DNA of 62,669 nt, counting the filler, from Scenedesmus sp. PABB004 (lineage: Eukaryota), in the NCBI GenBank assembly GCA_014905635.1. It is 5 parts of 5 records of this genome, joined end to end, with 100 filler letters (N's around TTAATTAATTAA, not from the genome) between each part and the next. Parts side by side here need not be neighbours in the genome. Positions count along the whole stretch, not along the records: positions 40,792 to 52,093 come from JABVCE010000071.1; positions 52,194 to 62,669 come from JABVCE010000073.1; 3 more parts are not named here. One strand, 5' to 3'. The notes under the pieces are model-generated. The model ran no database searches, was not told the origin of the DNA, and was given only the letters and a program-made list of their open reading frames with translations. The position numbers and the translations under genes were made by a program. Positions 47,901 through 57,723 of the stretch are shown piece by piece. How positions within the stretch are numbered: position 1 is the stretch's first letter; every line of letters starts with the position of its first letter.

Positions 47901-49933
47901 CGGTGCAGGGGCAAGGGCGTGGAGCGGCGCGGACAGGGGCTGCACGCGCGGCGGCTCGGCGGCGCGGCGCCGCCGCCGCACCTGCTCAGCTCGCCCGGTT
48001 GTGCGAGCGCGGGGTGCGCAGCCGCGACAAAGGCCAGCACCTCGCCGGGGGGCGGCAGGCCCAGCGCCGCCACGGCGTCGCGGTAGGCGCTGGGGCTGGG
48101 CGGCAGGTGCGGCGCGGCGCCGAGGCCGCCACGCCCCACCTCGGCGATCTCCGGCTTGGCGTCGCCCGCGGCGAGCAGGCAGACGTACCTGGAGCGAGGC
48201 GCGACCGGCGCAGGGACGGGGGGGGGGGGGGGGGCAGGGGAGGTGAGCGCAGCCGCGCACACGGGCAGGGCCACGCGCGTGCGTGCGCCAGCGCCGCCCG
48301 CGCGCACAGCAGCAGCAGCCACGCGCCTGCTGGGCATGTGGCTGCGCGGAAAGAGGCGCACCGCCCACTGCGCGGCGGCCTGACGCACCGAGGACTGCGC
48401 GTCGGCGAGGCGGGGCGTCGGCCGCGCCGGCGGCGGGCTGCAGGGCGGGCGCAGCGCCACACGCGCCTGCGGCGCGGCGCACCTGGTCGCTGGTGATGTT
48501 GGCGGCGAGCAGCCGCTCCACCTCCGCCACCTGGGCCGGGTCCGACCCCCTGCCAGCAATGCCGCCAGCCACGGCGCCCGCCAGGCCGCCCAGCGCCTCC
48601 TGCAGCGCCGCCCTGCTGCCGGGCGGCTCGCGGCCGAGCGCGGCAAACAGGCGCCCGGCCAGGCGCGTGTCCGACTGCCCGGGTCGGGGGGCGGGGGGGG
48701 GGGGGGGGGGGAGTGAGCAGCCTGGCTGGAGCTGCACCCAAAGCGTCAGCACACGCCCGCGCGGCGGACCCACACCTGGAACAAGTCGGGCAGGCGCTGC
48801 GTAAGCTGCGCCAGCGCTGAAAAGACGTGGCCCCGAGCGTCCAGGCCGACGCCGCCGGGCGGGCCGCCGCCGCCTGCGGCGTCAACCTGGCGGACGACAG
48901 CACGGCGTTGGGTGCTGCTGGCCAGGCCCCGATCGCCTGGCAGCCGCCTCAACCCGCGCCCGCTCCTGCAGCCGCACCTGCATGGGCTCAGCCCCGTCCT
49001 CGTCGTCCAGACCCAGCACGTGAAGCAGGCGGCCCGACAGCGGCCCCGCCATGGCGCGCAGCTGGTGCGGGTGGGCGTGCTTGAAGCACCACGACGCCCA
49101 CTCGGCGCCTGCGCGCACCAGGCGCGGCGAGGGCGACGCGCCCGAAAAGCAGCTGGACAGCACGATGGCGGCCGCGGGGGAAGCTGCGCGCGGCGGTCAC
49201 AGACCTGCGCGCACGCGGCGGCGCAGGTGGGCGCCGCTGGCGCCGCTGGCGCCGCTGTGCCCGCTGCCGCCGCCGCTGGCGCCGCTGTGCCCGCTGCCGC
49301 CGCCGCTGGCGCCGCTGTGCCTGCTGCGCCGCGCCCACCTGACCAGCAGCCCGATGATGCGCAGCGCCAAGGCGGGCCCAGCGGGGCTCGGAGCGGGCGC
49401 CGGCGCAGAAGGGTCCTGCGCATGGCGGCAGCAGCAGCAGCGGCGTGGGCCCCCACCGCTGGCCCAAAGCCCCCCCCAGCCTCTCGCCGCCCTGCCGACC
49501 TGGTCTCCCAGCAGCAGCGCCATGAGGCCCGCCACCACGGACGCGTCCTCCAGGTCCACGCTCGGCCGCGCGGCGTCGGGGTTCACCAACTGCGTAGCGC
49601 GGGGTTCAAGCGTGTGGCACGGGCCTGCGCACCCCACCGGGACGCTGCTGCTGCATCCGCGCGCCGCCCACCTTGATCAGCAGGTCAGTGCCGCGCCTGC
49701 AAGGAACCGTGCGCGGACGGCGGATCAGCGACGGCGGCGCCGCGGCCGCGGCTGCTGCTCCGCCCTGCCGCGCGCGCGCGCGCACGCCAGCTGCCGAGCC
49801 TCACCGTGCCACGGGCTCGTACGGGTCGCACGACGCCGCCAGCAGCACCAGCAGCAGCTCCTCGCTGCTCAGGTAACTGCTGTGCTGCGCCGCGCCGTCC
49901 ACCTCCATGGCGTCGCCGCCGGCCGTGGCAGCA

Positions 49934-49968
<35 letters not shown>

Positions 49969-51236
49969 GTTGCCAGGCATGCCTACCGCTGCGCCGCCCA
50001 GCAGCGCCAGCATGCCCAGCTTCTGCGCAGTGAGCGTGGCCTGGGGCGGCACGCCCTTCTCCTCAAACGCCGCCACGTCCGCAGCCGACAGCCCCGCGGG
50101 CGGCGGCGCCGGTGCGTCCGGGGCCGCCGCCGCGCCGGCCGCGCCGCTGGGCGCAGCAGCGGCGCGCGCGGGGCGCGGGGCGGTACAGCATGAGCCGCAG
50201 CGCGTGGCCCAGCAGCGCCACCCGGTCGGCGGCCGCGGGGGCAGCAGCATTAGCGCCTCGACGCTGCCCCCGCCGCCGCTGGCCGCAGGGGCGGCGGCGG
50301 GGTCGGCAGGCACCGCCAGCGCGCTGTATGTGCCGCCGGGCGCCTGCCCCAGGTTGGCCAGCGCCGCGGTGGCCGCGCGCAGCAGCAGTGCGCGCTGCTG
50401 CGGCGCCTGCCGCGACACGCCCCTCAGCAGCACAGGCACCTGCGGCGTGCGCGGGCGCGCAGCGCGGAGGGTCGGGCCGCCCGGCGCCGCTGCCGCGCGC
50501 CTGGCATGCGCGCGCACGCACGCGCGTCCACCCCCAGCGCGCCGCTGCTCACCGCCTCAACCTGCTCACGCGGCGCCGCGCGGGGCAGGCCCAGCTCAAC
50601 GTACACCAGCCCGCACGACCGCACCAGCGGCGCCGCCGCGGGGTCCACCGCGAGCGCCGCCAGCGCCGGCAGCGGCAGGCGGCAGGCCGGCAGCGCCTTG
50701 ACGCGCTTGTTGATGTGGCTCAGCAGCTCCAGCACCTGCCAGGCGGCCAGCGGTCGGGCGGGCGTCGGGCGGCGGCGGCGCGCGGCGGCCCGCGCGCTGC
50801 CTGCGCCGTGCGCCGCGCAGGCGGCGCGCCTTGGCGCGCGTCTTCGGCTGCTGCGTGTCCAGCTTCTGCAACAGCGCGGGCAGCAGCTTGGCAAGCAGCT
50901 GCGGGCAGGCGGCGGCGGCGGGTGTCGTGGGCGCAGCGCAGCGCGAGCAGCGGTTGGCCGCCAACCGCTGCTGCTGCGCTGCTGCCGCTGCTGCGGGCGC
51001 CCGGGCCCTCCTGATAGAGCCCCCGGGTCGGTATCTGAGAGCTACGAGCGGCCGCGCCTTCCATGCGCGCTGGCCGCGGCGCAGAAGGAGGCCATCAGTC
51101 GGCATGCAGCAGCCGCTGCGCGCGGCCACGCAGCCATCGCTGCCGCCCGCACCTGCTCGAGCGCGTCGTCGAGCGTCATCACCGTGCGCGTGAGGATCCG
51201 GTCAAGCGCCGCCAGCTCCTCCGCCTCCGTCGCCAT
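41986..51236 (-). CDS. ECM29: Proteasome adaptor/scaffold ECM29 homolog (HEAT repeats), many exons
   Basis: MATEAEELAALDR, VLELLSHINKRVK, LTTYRELCGLANELGQPDLIYR/FMDLA, LLPKLFRLTHDP, WRARQAACAGLTDLL, DDVKDSVR, LLESLSGLE and GRLWEGKE. Confidence 0.92.
49231..49325 (+). repeat. ~30-bp tandem repeat (about 3 copies) in an ECM29 intron
   Basis: GCCGCTGGCGCCGCTGTGCCCGCTGCCGCC repeated. Confidence 0.8.
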
Positions 51237-51475
51237 CGTGTGCCGCGTGCTGCGGTGCGTGCGCAGCTGCGGCGCTCCTTTGCCCTGCCCCGGCCTGGTG
51301 CCGCCACGCTGTGGCGGGCGCGCACCAGGGGAGAGAGGGGCAAAGGCTCAGTGCGCCTGGGTTATGCCGCCGACGTGACGGCCGCGGACGCGCGCGCGCG
51401 CGCGCGCAACCGGGACGGCGCGGGCGCGCCTCGCCGGCCTGCGCGCGCCGGGTGCAGCGGGAGTGGCCGCGCCGG

Positions 51476-51873
51476 GACGCTTCAGGCGGGCGCGTGCAGC
51501 CCGCGCGCCCGGCCACCGCCGACCGGGTTCGTGTTCACCGGAGTCACTCGCGGGTTCATGCTCCCACCACGTCCACGCGTCGCTCCGCCGCCCGCCGCCA
51601 CACCGCCGATCCCTAGCGGCACGCCGGTTGACCCTGCGGCCTCGGCGCGCGCCCGGCCCCCGCGCGCGCGGCGCGTACTTGCACTGGCCGTGCGGCATCG
51701 CGCCGGACCCCGTTCATGGAGTACTGGGCGGCTTAGGATGCGCTGCGGGATGGGGGCGGCTCGGAGGGCGAGGGCAGCGACGCGGCGATGGCGCCCAGCT
51801 GCGGCGGGAGCAGCCCGGGCATCGGCATCACCGCCGAGTTCAACTCCAAGCTCAACAAGCGCGTGTACAAAGT
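51476..51873 (+). pseudogene. Inverted partial duplicate of the AP2-like gene (41218-41612), truncated by the telomere
   Basis: Near-identical reverse complement of 41218-41612. It ends at ...AAGCGCGTGTACAAAGT, four bases before the telomeric repeats. Confidence 0.88.
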
Positions 51874-51877
51874 CGGC

Positions 51878-52093
51878 TTAGGTTTTAGGGTTTAGGTATT
51901 AGGTATTAGGTTTTAGGGTTTAGGGTTTAAGGGTTTAGGTTTAGGGTTTAGGGTTTAGGGTTTAGGGTTTAGGGTTTAGGGTTTTAGGGTTTAGGTTTTA
52001 GGGTTTAGGTTTTAGGGTTTAGGGTTTAGGGTTTAGGGTTTAGGGTTTAGGGTTTAGGGTTTAGGGTTTAGGGTTTAGGGTTTAGGGTTTAGG
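51878..52093 (+). repeat. Telomere (TTTAGGG)n, right chromosome end
   Basis: Tandem TTTAGGG at contig end, with proximal variants TTTTAGG/TATTAGG. Confidence 0.97.
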
Positions 52094-52193
52094 NNNNNNN
52101 NNNNNNNNNNNNNNNNNNNNNNNNNNNNNNNNNNNNNTTAATTAATTAANNNNNNNNNNNNNNNNNNNNNNNNNNNNNNNNNNNNNNNNNNNN
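52094..52193. other. Artificial contig linker
   Basis: 44N-TTAATTAATTAA-44N. Confidence 0.99.
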
Positions 52194-52290
52194 CCGCGCG
52201 CGCCGAGCGGAGGTGCGCGGCTCCAACATGCTGCCCGGCCGCGGGCTGCGCCGCCCGAGGTCGGCCGCCGGCGGCCGCGCCGCGCCGCGG
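52194..52290 (+). repeat. Partial 172-bp satellite monomer left of the Copia insertion
   Basis: GGAGGTGCGCGGCTCCAACATGCTGCCCGG...GAGGTCGGCCGCCGGCGGCC is the same sequence as the array at 58093-62669. Confidence 0.93.
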
Positions 52291-52644
52291 TCTTGGTCGG
52301 AGTAGGCGCGGTTGTTGCCGGCTAGAAGAGCGAGTCGACAACGGCGGACAGCGGCGGTTGGCCAACGAGAGAGCACGGAGACACGAGTGAAGGAGCAAAG
52401 GTTACATGTGCGTGGTGAAGAGACTCCTTAGGCAAACGGGGCGGGCGCACGGAGCTATATAGCCGAAACGGTATCGGTAATCGCAGCTTCTCGGCGGCTG
52501 CCGGTAGCTGCGCCGTAAGCAGCTTCCACCGCGGTTAGCACCTTCCACAAGAGCCCAACTAAGGCCCAAAGTTCCGAGTAGCTTCCTTTAGGCTCCATGC
52601 ACGCAATGGGGTGAGTGTGCGGCCGAAAACACGCACTCTCATCA
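52291..52644 (-). repeat. 3' LTR (~354 bp)
   Basis: Minus strand TGATGAGAG...CCGACCAAGA; 52292-52644 is identical to 57740-58092. Preceded by the purine tract GTGGGAG. Confidence 0.95.
52402..52406 (-). terminator. TGTAA polyadenylation signal in the 3' LTR
   Basis: TGTAA is the chlorophyte poly(A) signal. It lies ~50 nt downstream of the LTR TATA element, consistent with U3-R-U5 order. Confidence 0.6.
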
Positions 52645-52664
52645 CTCCCACGCGGACGCAACAC

Positions 52665-55600
52665 TCACACCATGCCCATGCCGGTGCGGCACGCCACAAA
52701 CTTGGACAGCGCCAGCGGCTTGGTGAGCGCGTCGGCGATGTTGTCGGCCGTGGGCACGTAGTGGAACGTGACCTCGCCGCGGGCCACGCGCTCGCGCGCA
52801 AAGTGGTGCGCGACGTCAATGTGCTTCGAGCGCTGCGAGGACACGGGGTTGCGCAGCAGCTTGATCGCACCCTGGTTGTCGGAGAGGATGTCGATGGCGC
52901 CGATGTTGACCTTGAGGTCGCTCATGAGCTTGCGCAGCCAGAGGGCCTCCTTGACCGCAGCGGAGGCGGCCATGTACTCGGCCTCGGTGGTGGAGGCTGC
53001 GACGGTCTGCTGCTTCTTGCTGGACCAGGTGATTGCGCCGCCGTTGAGGGTGAAGACGTAGCCGGTGGTCGAGCGGCGCGTGTCGAGGTCGGCCGCGTAG
53101 TCCGAGTCACACATGCCGTTGAGGTCCAGGCTGCCCTTGATGCCGCCGTAGATGATGCCAATGTTGGTGGTGCCGGCCAGGTAGCGGAGCACGCCCTTGG
53201 CCACGCCCCAGTGCACGGTCGTGGGGCAGGACATGAAGCGTGTCAACGCGCTCACCGCAAAGGCGATGTCGGGGCGCACCGTGATGGAGAGGTAGAGGAG
53301 CGCTCCCACGAGCGACGTGTAGGGGTAGGCCGCGGTGTCGAGCGGGTCGCCGTTGTCCTTGGTGAGCTTGGTGCCGAGGCTCACGGGGATGTCGCGGGGC
53401 GCGCAGTCGGCGAGCCCGTACTTGAAGACGAGCTCGGTCACCATCTTCTCGTTGGTGATCTTGATGGTCTTGTTGATGCGGTCGCGCGTGATGTGCATGC
53501 CGAGGTACTGGCTCACCTCGCCGAGGTCGCGGGTCTTGAAGGCGGCAAAGAGCTCCGCCTTGACCGACTCGGCGAGCGCGCAGTTGCGCGCAATGATGAG
53601 GATGTCGTCGACGTAGATGAGGATGTACGCGCCGGAGGTGCCGACGTAGAGCGATGCGTCGGCCTTGGACGGCGCGAAGCCCATCTTGGTGAGCTCCTCG
53701 TGCAGGCGCGAGTGCCACGCGCGCGGGGCCTGCTTGAGGCCGTAGAGCGCCTTGATCAGGCGGCACGCGCGGCCGGAGCCGTCGTCGTAGCCCTCGGGCT
53801 GGCTGATCCACACCTCCTCCTCGAGGTTGCCTTGGAGGAAGGCGTTCTTAATGTCGATTTGGATGATCTCGTAGTCGTGCGCAGCGGCGAGCGCGAGCAC
53901 CGCGCGCAGCGTGGCGTACTTGCCGACGGGGGCGAAGACCTCGTCGTAGTCGATGCCCTCGATCTGGTGGAAGCCCTTGGCGACGATGCGGCCCTTGTAG
54001 CGCTCGATGTTGCCGGCGAGGTCGGTCTTGGTCGTGAGGACCCACTTGGTCGGGATGATCTTGACGCCGGCGGGCGGCACGTCGAGCTCCCACGTGTTGT
54101 TGGCCACGTGGGCGGCGATCTCCTCGTTCATGGCGTCGTCCCACTTGGACGCGTCGAGCCGGCCGAGCGCCTCGGTGCGCGTGGCCGGGTCGGGCAAGAC
54201 CTGCCCCGCGTAGTGCGCGGCGGCGGCGGCGTTCCACCACTCACCGGGCTTGCGCGACACGCGCCCCGAGCGCGTGATGGTGCCGCCGGTGGTGGAGTCG
54301 GTGCCGCCGGCGGTCGGCGCCGGCATGTTGTCGTTGCTCTCGGGCGCCGGGCTCGGCGCGGGCGGCGGCGAGCCGCCCGGGCTCGAGGGCGGGGAGCCGC
54401 CGGGGCTCGCGGGCGGGGAGCCGCCCGGGGTGCCCGGCGGGGAGCCGCTCGGCGGCGCACCGTCGTGCGCGCCGGAGTCGGGCTCGTCCTCAAAGGCGTC
54501 GTCCGCCGGGAACTTCTCGGCGGCGTAGCGGGTGATGTCGGGGTCGATGAGCGTCGGGGACTTGTAGTTGGCGAAGCTCTTGGAGAGCACCTTGCTCTCG
54601 TCGAAGACGACGTTGCGGCTCAACTTGATGTTGCCGTCGGGCATGAGGATGCGGTAGCCCTTGCCAAAGGCCGGGTAGCCCACCATGATGCCCTTCTCGG
54701 CGTGCGGCTCGAGCTTGGTCCTCTTCTCCTTGGGCACGTGGGCGTAGGCCGTGGCGCCAAAGACGCGGAGCGTTGACACGTCGGGCTTGCGGCCGAAGAA
54801 GGCCTCGAACGGCGTCTTGGGCTTGCCGCTCACGGGAGAGAGGTTGCGGAGGTGGTTGGCCGTCATGATCGCCTCACCCCACGCCGCGGGCGGGAGCTCG
54901 GCGGCGTAGATCATGGGGAGCACCTTGTTGAGGAGCGTGCGGTTGAGCCGCTCGGCGGTGCCGTTTTGCTCGGGCGTGTAGGGCATGGTCTTTTGGTGCG
55001 CGATGCCCTTGTCCTTGAAGAAGCCAGAGAGGTCGGCGTTGACGTACTCGGAGCCGTTGTCGGTGCGGACGGCCTTGACGTGGGCGTCGGTTTGCTTCTC
55101 CATGTAGGTGAGCACCTCCTTGACGGCCGGCGTGACGTCGGCCTTGCTCTTGAGCGTGCGCACGATGGAGTAGCCCGTCGCGTGGTCGATGAAGGTCGCG
55201 GCGTACTTGGCGCCGCCGTAAGAGAGCTCGGTCATGGGGCCGCACACGTCCATGCTCACGAGCGCGAGCGGCGTGTCGTACACCGTCGCGGACTCACCGA
55301 AGGGGAGGCGCGTCGTCTTGCCCATCACGCACGGCTCGCACATGGGGAGCGCCTTGAAGTCGGTGGTCGTGAGGTCCATGCCGGTCACCATGCCGTGCTT
55401 GGCGGCGCGCTCGAGGTTGGCGTAGCCGAGGTGGCCAAGGCGCGCGTGCCACACCTCGGGCGCCTCTTTGGCAATGAGCGCCGGGCTCGGGGAGCCGCGG
55501 AGCGTGTTGCTCACGATGCACGGGATGCCGTTGGGCGCGTCGATGGCGGTGACGATCGTCTCGCCGCCCATGCGCACGGCGCACTTGTTGCCCTCCATGA

Positions 55601-56795
55601 TGAACGTGGCGCCGGCGAGCTTGGCCATCTTGATGGAGACGAGCTTGGCCGCAAAGCCGGGGATGTAGAGCACGCGGCGGAGCACGATGCGCCGCGAGAT
55701 GACGTTGGACTCGTGCAAGATGGCGTCGCCCTCGAGCTCGGCGGCGACCACCTCGCCGGTGCCCACGATGACCTTGGTCGAGCACGGCTTGGGGTTGTTG
55801 AGGTCGCCGGCGTCGTTGGTGATGTGGCGCTCGGCCCCCGAGTCGATGAACCACGTGCACGCGTAGTCCGGGTTGTCGTAGTCGGGAGCGAGCGTGGTGG
55901 CGGTCCACGCCACCTCGCGCCGCTCGGTGTCGGGCGTGCCCTTGCGCGCCTCGACCGCGGCCCGCTCGCGGCACTCACCGATGAAGTGGCCGGGCTTCTT
56001 GCAATAGTAGCACACGTCTTTGGCGTCCTTGGACGCGCCGAAGCGCGGCCGGTTGCCGCCGGGCGAGCCGCCGCCGTTGAACGGGCGCGGCGAGTTGACG
56101 AAGCGCGACGCGCCGAGCATGGGCGCGCGCGGGTTGAAGGGCTTGTTGAAGCGCGGGTTGAACGTCTTGTTGAGCGGCTTGAACTTGGGCCGCGGCGCGG
56201 TCGCAAAGTAGGCCTTCTCGGTGTTGGCCGGGGTTTGCGCCTCCACGGTCAAGAGCTCGGAGATGACCTCCTCGAGCGTGGGGAAGGGCTTCTTGCTCAT
56301 GATGATCTTCTTGGTGACCTCGTACGCGCTCGGGAGCTTGTCGAGCATGGCGAGCGAGATGTCCATGTCGTCCACCGTGGCGCCGGCGGAGATGAGGTTG
56401 TCCTTGAGCGCGTACGCGCGGCCGGCAAAGGCCGTGATGGTCTCGGTGTTGCCCTTGGCGAGCGTGCTCAACTCGCGCTTGAAGCGCACGATGCTTGCCG
56501 TGTTTTGGGTGTGGTACATGTTGGCGAGCTTGTCCCACGCTTCCTTGGCGGTGGTGCACGTTTGGATGAGTGGCAAGATCTTGTTGTCGACGGAGAGGAC
56601 GATGGCGGCAAGGGCCTTGTCGTCGCGCGCGGCGTCGCGCGCGGGCGCGGCGTCGGCGTCGTTGCCGGGCGGCGGCGCGTCGATGAGCGCGCCATAGAAG
56701 CCCTTGAGCTTGAGGTAGAAGGTAATCTTGGTGCTCCACGTGACGTAGTTGGAGCCGGTGAATCGCTCAACGCCAAACTTTTCAAAGTCCATCAT
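52665..56795 (-). CDS. Copia gag-pol polyprotein (1376 aa, uninterrupted)
   Basis: Zinc knuckle CYYCKKPGHFIGEC; protease WFIDSGA; WHARLGH...CEPC; integrase MDVCGP/RTDNGSEY/QNGTAERLNR; RT YVDD; RNase H DSDYA...EAEY...SDNQGA. Domain order PR-IN-RT-RH is copia-type. Confidence 0.98.
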   Translation of the reverse strand: MMDFEKFGVERFTGSNYVTWSTKITFYLKLKGFYGALIDAPPPGNDADAAPARDAARDDKALAAIVLSVDNKILPLIQTCTTAKEAWDKLANMYHTQNTASIVRFKRELSTLAKGNTETITAFAGRAYALKDNLISAGATVDDMDISLAMLDKLPSAYEVTKKIIMSKKPFPTLEEVISELLTVEAQTPANTEKAYFATAPRPKFKPLNKTFNPRFNKPFNPRAPMLGASRFVNSPRPFNGGGSPGGNRPRFGASKDAKDVCYYCKKPGHFIGECRERAAVEARKGTPDTERREVAWTATTLAPDYDNPDYACTWFIDSGAERHITNDAGDLNNPKPCSTKVIVGTGEVVAAELEGDAILHESNVISRRIVLRRVLYIPGFAAKLVSIKMAKLAGATFIMEGNKCAVRMGGETIVTAIDAPNGIPCIVSNTLRGSPSPALIAKEAPEVWHARLGHLGYANLERAAKHGMVTGMDLTTTDFKALPMCEPCVMGKTTRLPFGESATVYDTPLALVSMDVCGPMTELSYGGAKYAATFIDHATGYSIVRTLKSKADVTPAVKEVLTYMEKQTDAHVKAVRTDNGSEYVNADLSGFFKDKGIAHQKTMPYTPEQNGTAERLNRTLLNKVLPMIYAAELPPAAWGEAIMTANHLRNLSPVSGKPKTPFEAFFGRKPDVSTLRVFGATAYAHVPKEKRTKLEPHAEKGIMVGYPAFGKGYRILMPDGNIKLSRNVVFDESKVLSKSFANYKSPTLIDPDITRYAAEKFPADDAFEDEPDSGAHDGAPPSGSPPGTPGGSPPASPGGSPPSSPGGSPPPAPSPAPESNDNMPAPTAGGTDSTTGGTITRSGRVSRKPGEWWNAAAAAHYAGQVLPDPATRTEALGRLDASKWDDAMNEEIAAHVANNTWELDVPPAGVKIIPTKWVLTTKTDLAGNIERYKGRIVAKGFHQIEGIDYDEVFAPVGKYATLRAVLALAAAHDYEIIQIDIKNAFLQGNLEEEVWISQPEGYDDGSGRACRLIKALYGLKQAPRAWHSRLHEELTKMGFAPSKADASLYVGTSGAYILIYVDDILIIARNCALAESVKAELFAAFKTRDLGEVSQYLGMHITRDRINKTIKITNEKMVTELVFKYGLADCAPRDIPVSLGTKLTKDNGDPLDTAAYPYTSLVGALLYLSITVRPDIAFAVSALTRFMSCPTTVHWGVAKGVLRYLAGTTNIGIIYGGIKGSLDLNGMCDSDYAADLDTRRSTTGYVFTLNGGAITWSSKKQQTVAASTTEAEYMAASAAVKEALWLRKLMSDLKVNIGAIDILSDNQGAIKLLRNPVSSQRSKHIDVAHHFARERVARGEVTFHYVPTADNIADALTKPLALSKFVACRTGMGMV

Positions 56796-56834
56796 GACGG
56801 TAGCCGCGTTGGCGGGCCGATGGAGTTATTGGCG

Positions 56835-57353
56835 GATGTCTCCCACGTCACGCCGCGCCGTAGACGCGCGCACGTACGAGGTGTACGGACGCCCCGCCTA
56901 GATGTCCGATGCACGCGGCCGAGACGTACGCACACCTACGTACGGCGCGGGCGCGGGCGGACGGCGAAGGGGGCAAGGCCCCTTTGAAGTTAGCTCAGGT
57001 TTGGAGACACGAGGCGCGCGCTAGCGTAGCGTGCGAGCGTAGCCGAGGCGCACGCGCGGGCGCAAGAGCGGCCGGGCGCGAGCGCGGCGCGCGTTACGAG
57101 TTGGTCGAGGGCGCCGAGGGTCGTAGGGGCGCGAGGGTCGAGGGCGCCGAGAGTCGTAGGGGCGCGAGGGTCGAGGGCGCCGAGGGTCGTAGGGGCGCGG
57201 GTCGAGGGATGTCCTCCAACGTCACGCCGCCGTGTAGACACGCACGCCCAAGGTGCACGGACGCCCGCCTTGATGACCGATGCGCACGGCCGGGTCGTAC
57301 GTACACCTGTGAGCGGCGCGGGCGGGCGGACGGGCGAAGGGCCGAGGCCCTTG
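56835..57353 (-). repeat. Repeats in the retrotransposon leader: two diverged ~150-bp modules (56835-56986, 57208-57353) and three 33-bp units (57104-57207)
   Basis: Both modules run GATGTC...CGTCACGCCG...GGCGAAGGG..GGCCC. GTCGAGGGCGCCGAGGGTCGTAGGGGCGCGAGG occurs about three times. Confidence 0.85.
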
Positions 57354-57723
57354 AGCGCGAGAAGAGGCAAAGTCGGCGCGAGAAGGGCCGACGTCGAGCG
57401 CGCGGCGCCGAGTAGATCGAGCGCGGCGCGGGAAGCGCGACGGAGCGCGACGGAGCGCAAACGAGCACGCGCGAGCAAGCGCGGCGCGATTTACTGCGTT
57501 TGACGAGGGCGACTCAAGTAAAAGAAGTCGCGGACAAGGGGCGATGGCCTCTGCCAAGCGCCAAGTAGACAATAGGGCTCTCGAATAGGACGGTGGAGGT
57601 CGCAGGATCGAATCTGGGGCCTTCTTTTTGGGCCGCTTGACGGAGGCCTCCGGAGCTCCGCGGAGTTGTCGAGTTGCCGGAGCGATGCGCGCGAAGCCTC
57701 CGCGATGCCTTTAGAGCACCGGG

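Noticed and set aside
22868..51236. Programmed frameshifting or mass pseudogenisation of host genes
   Set aside because: Single-base indels occur in nearly every gene, including conserved ECM29 and ABC1 kinase, usually in G/C runs and with motifs intact. They are most likely uncorrected consensus errors.
14124..52093. Gene-sized nanochromosomes or linear plasmids
   Set aside because: Each contig has a telomere at one end only and is cut, often mid-gene, at the other; these are unplaced chromosome ends.
14024..52193. Repeated TTAATTAATTAA motif within N runs as a biological element
   Set aside because: These are identical 100-bp scaffolding linkers. The complete contigs decrease in length (13619, 12849, 11302 bp), as expected for size-sorted concatenation, so adjacency across linkers is meaningless.
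52611..56987. Long plus-strand ORFs (721 and 711 aa) antisense to gag-pol
   Set aside because: They mirror the GC3-biased codons of the sense ORF and carry no independent motifs.
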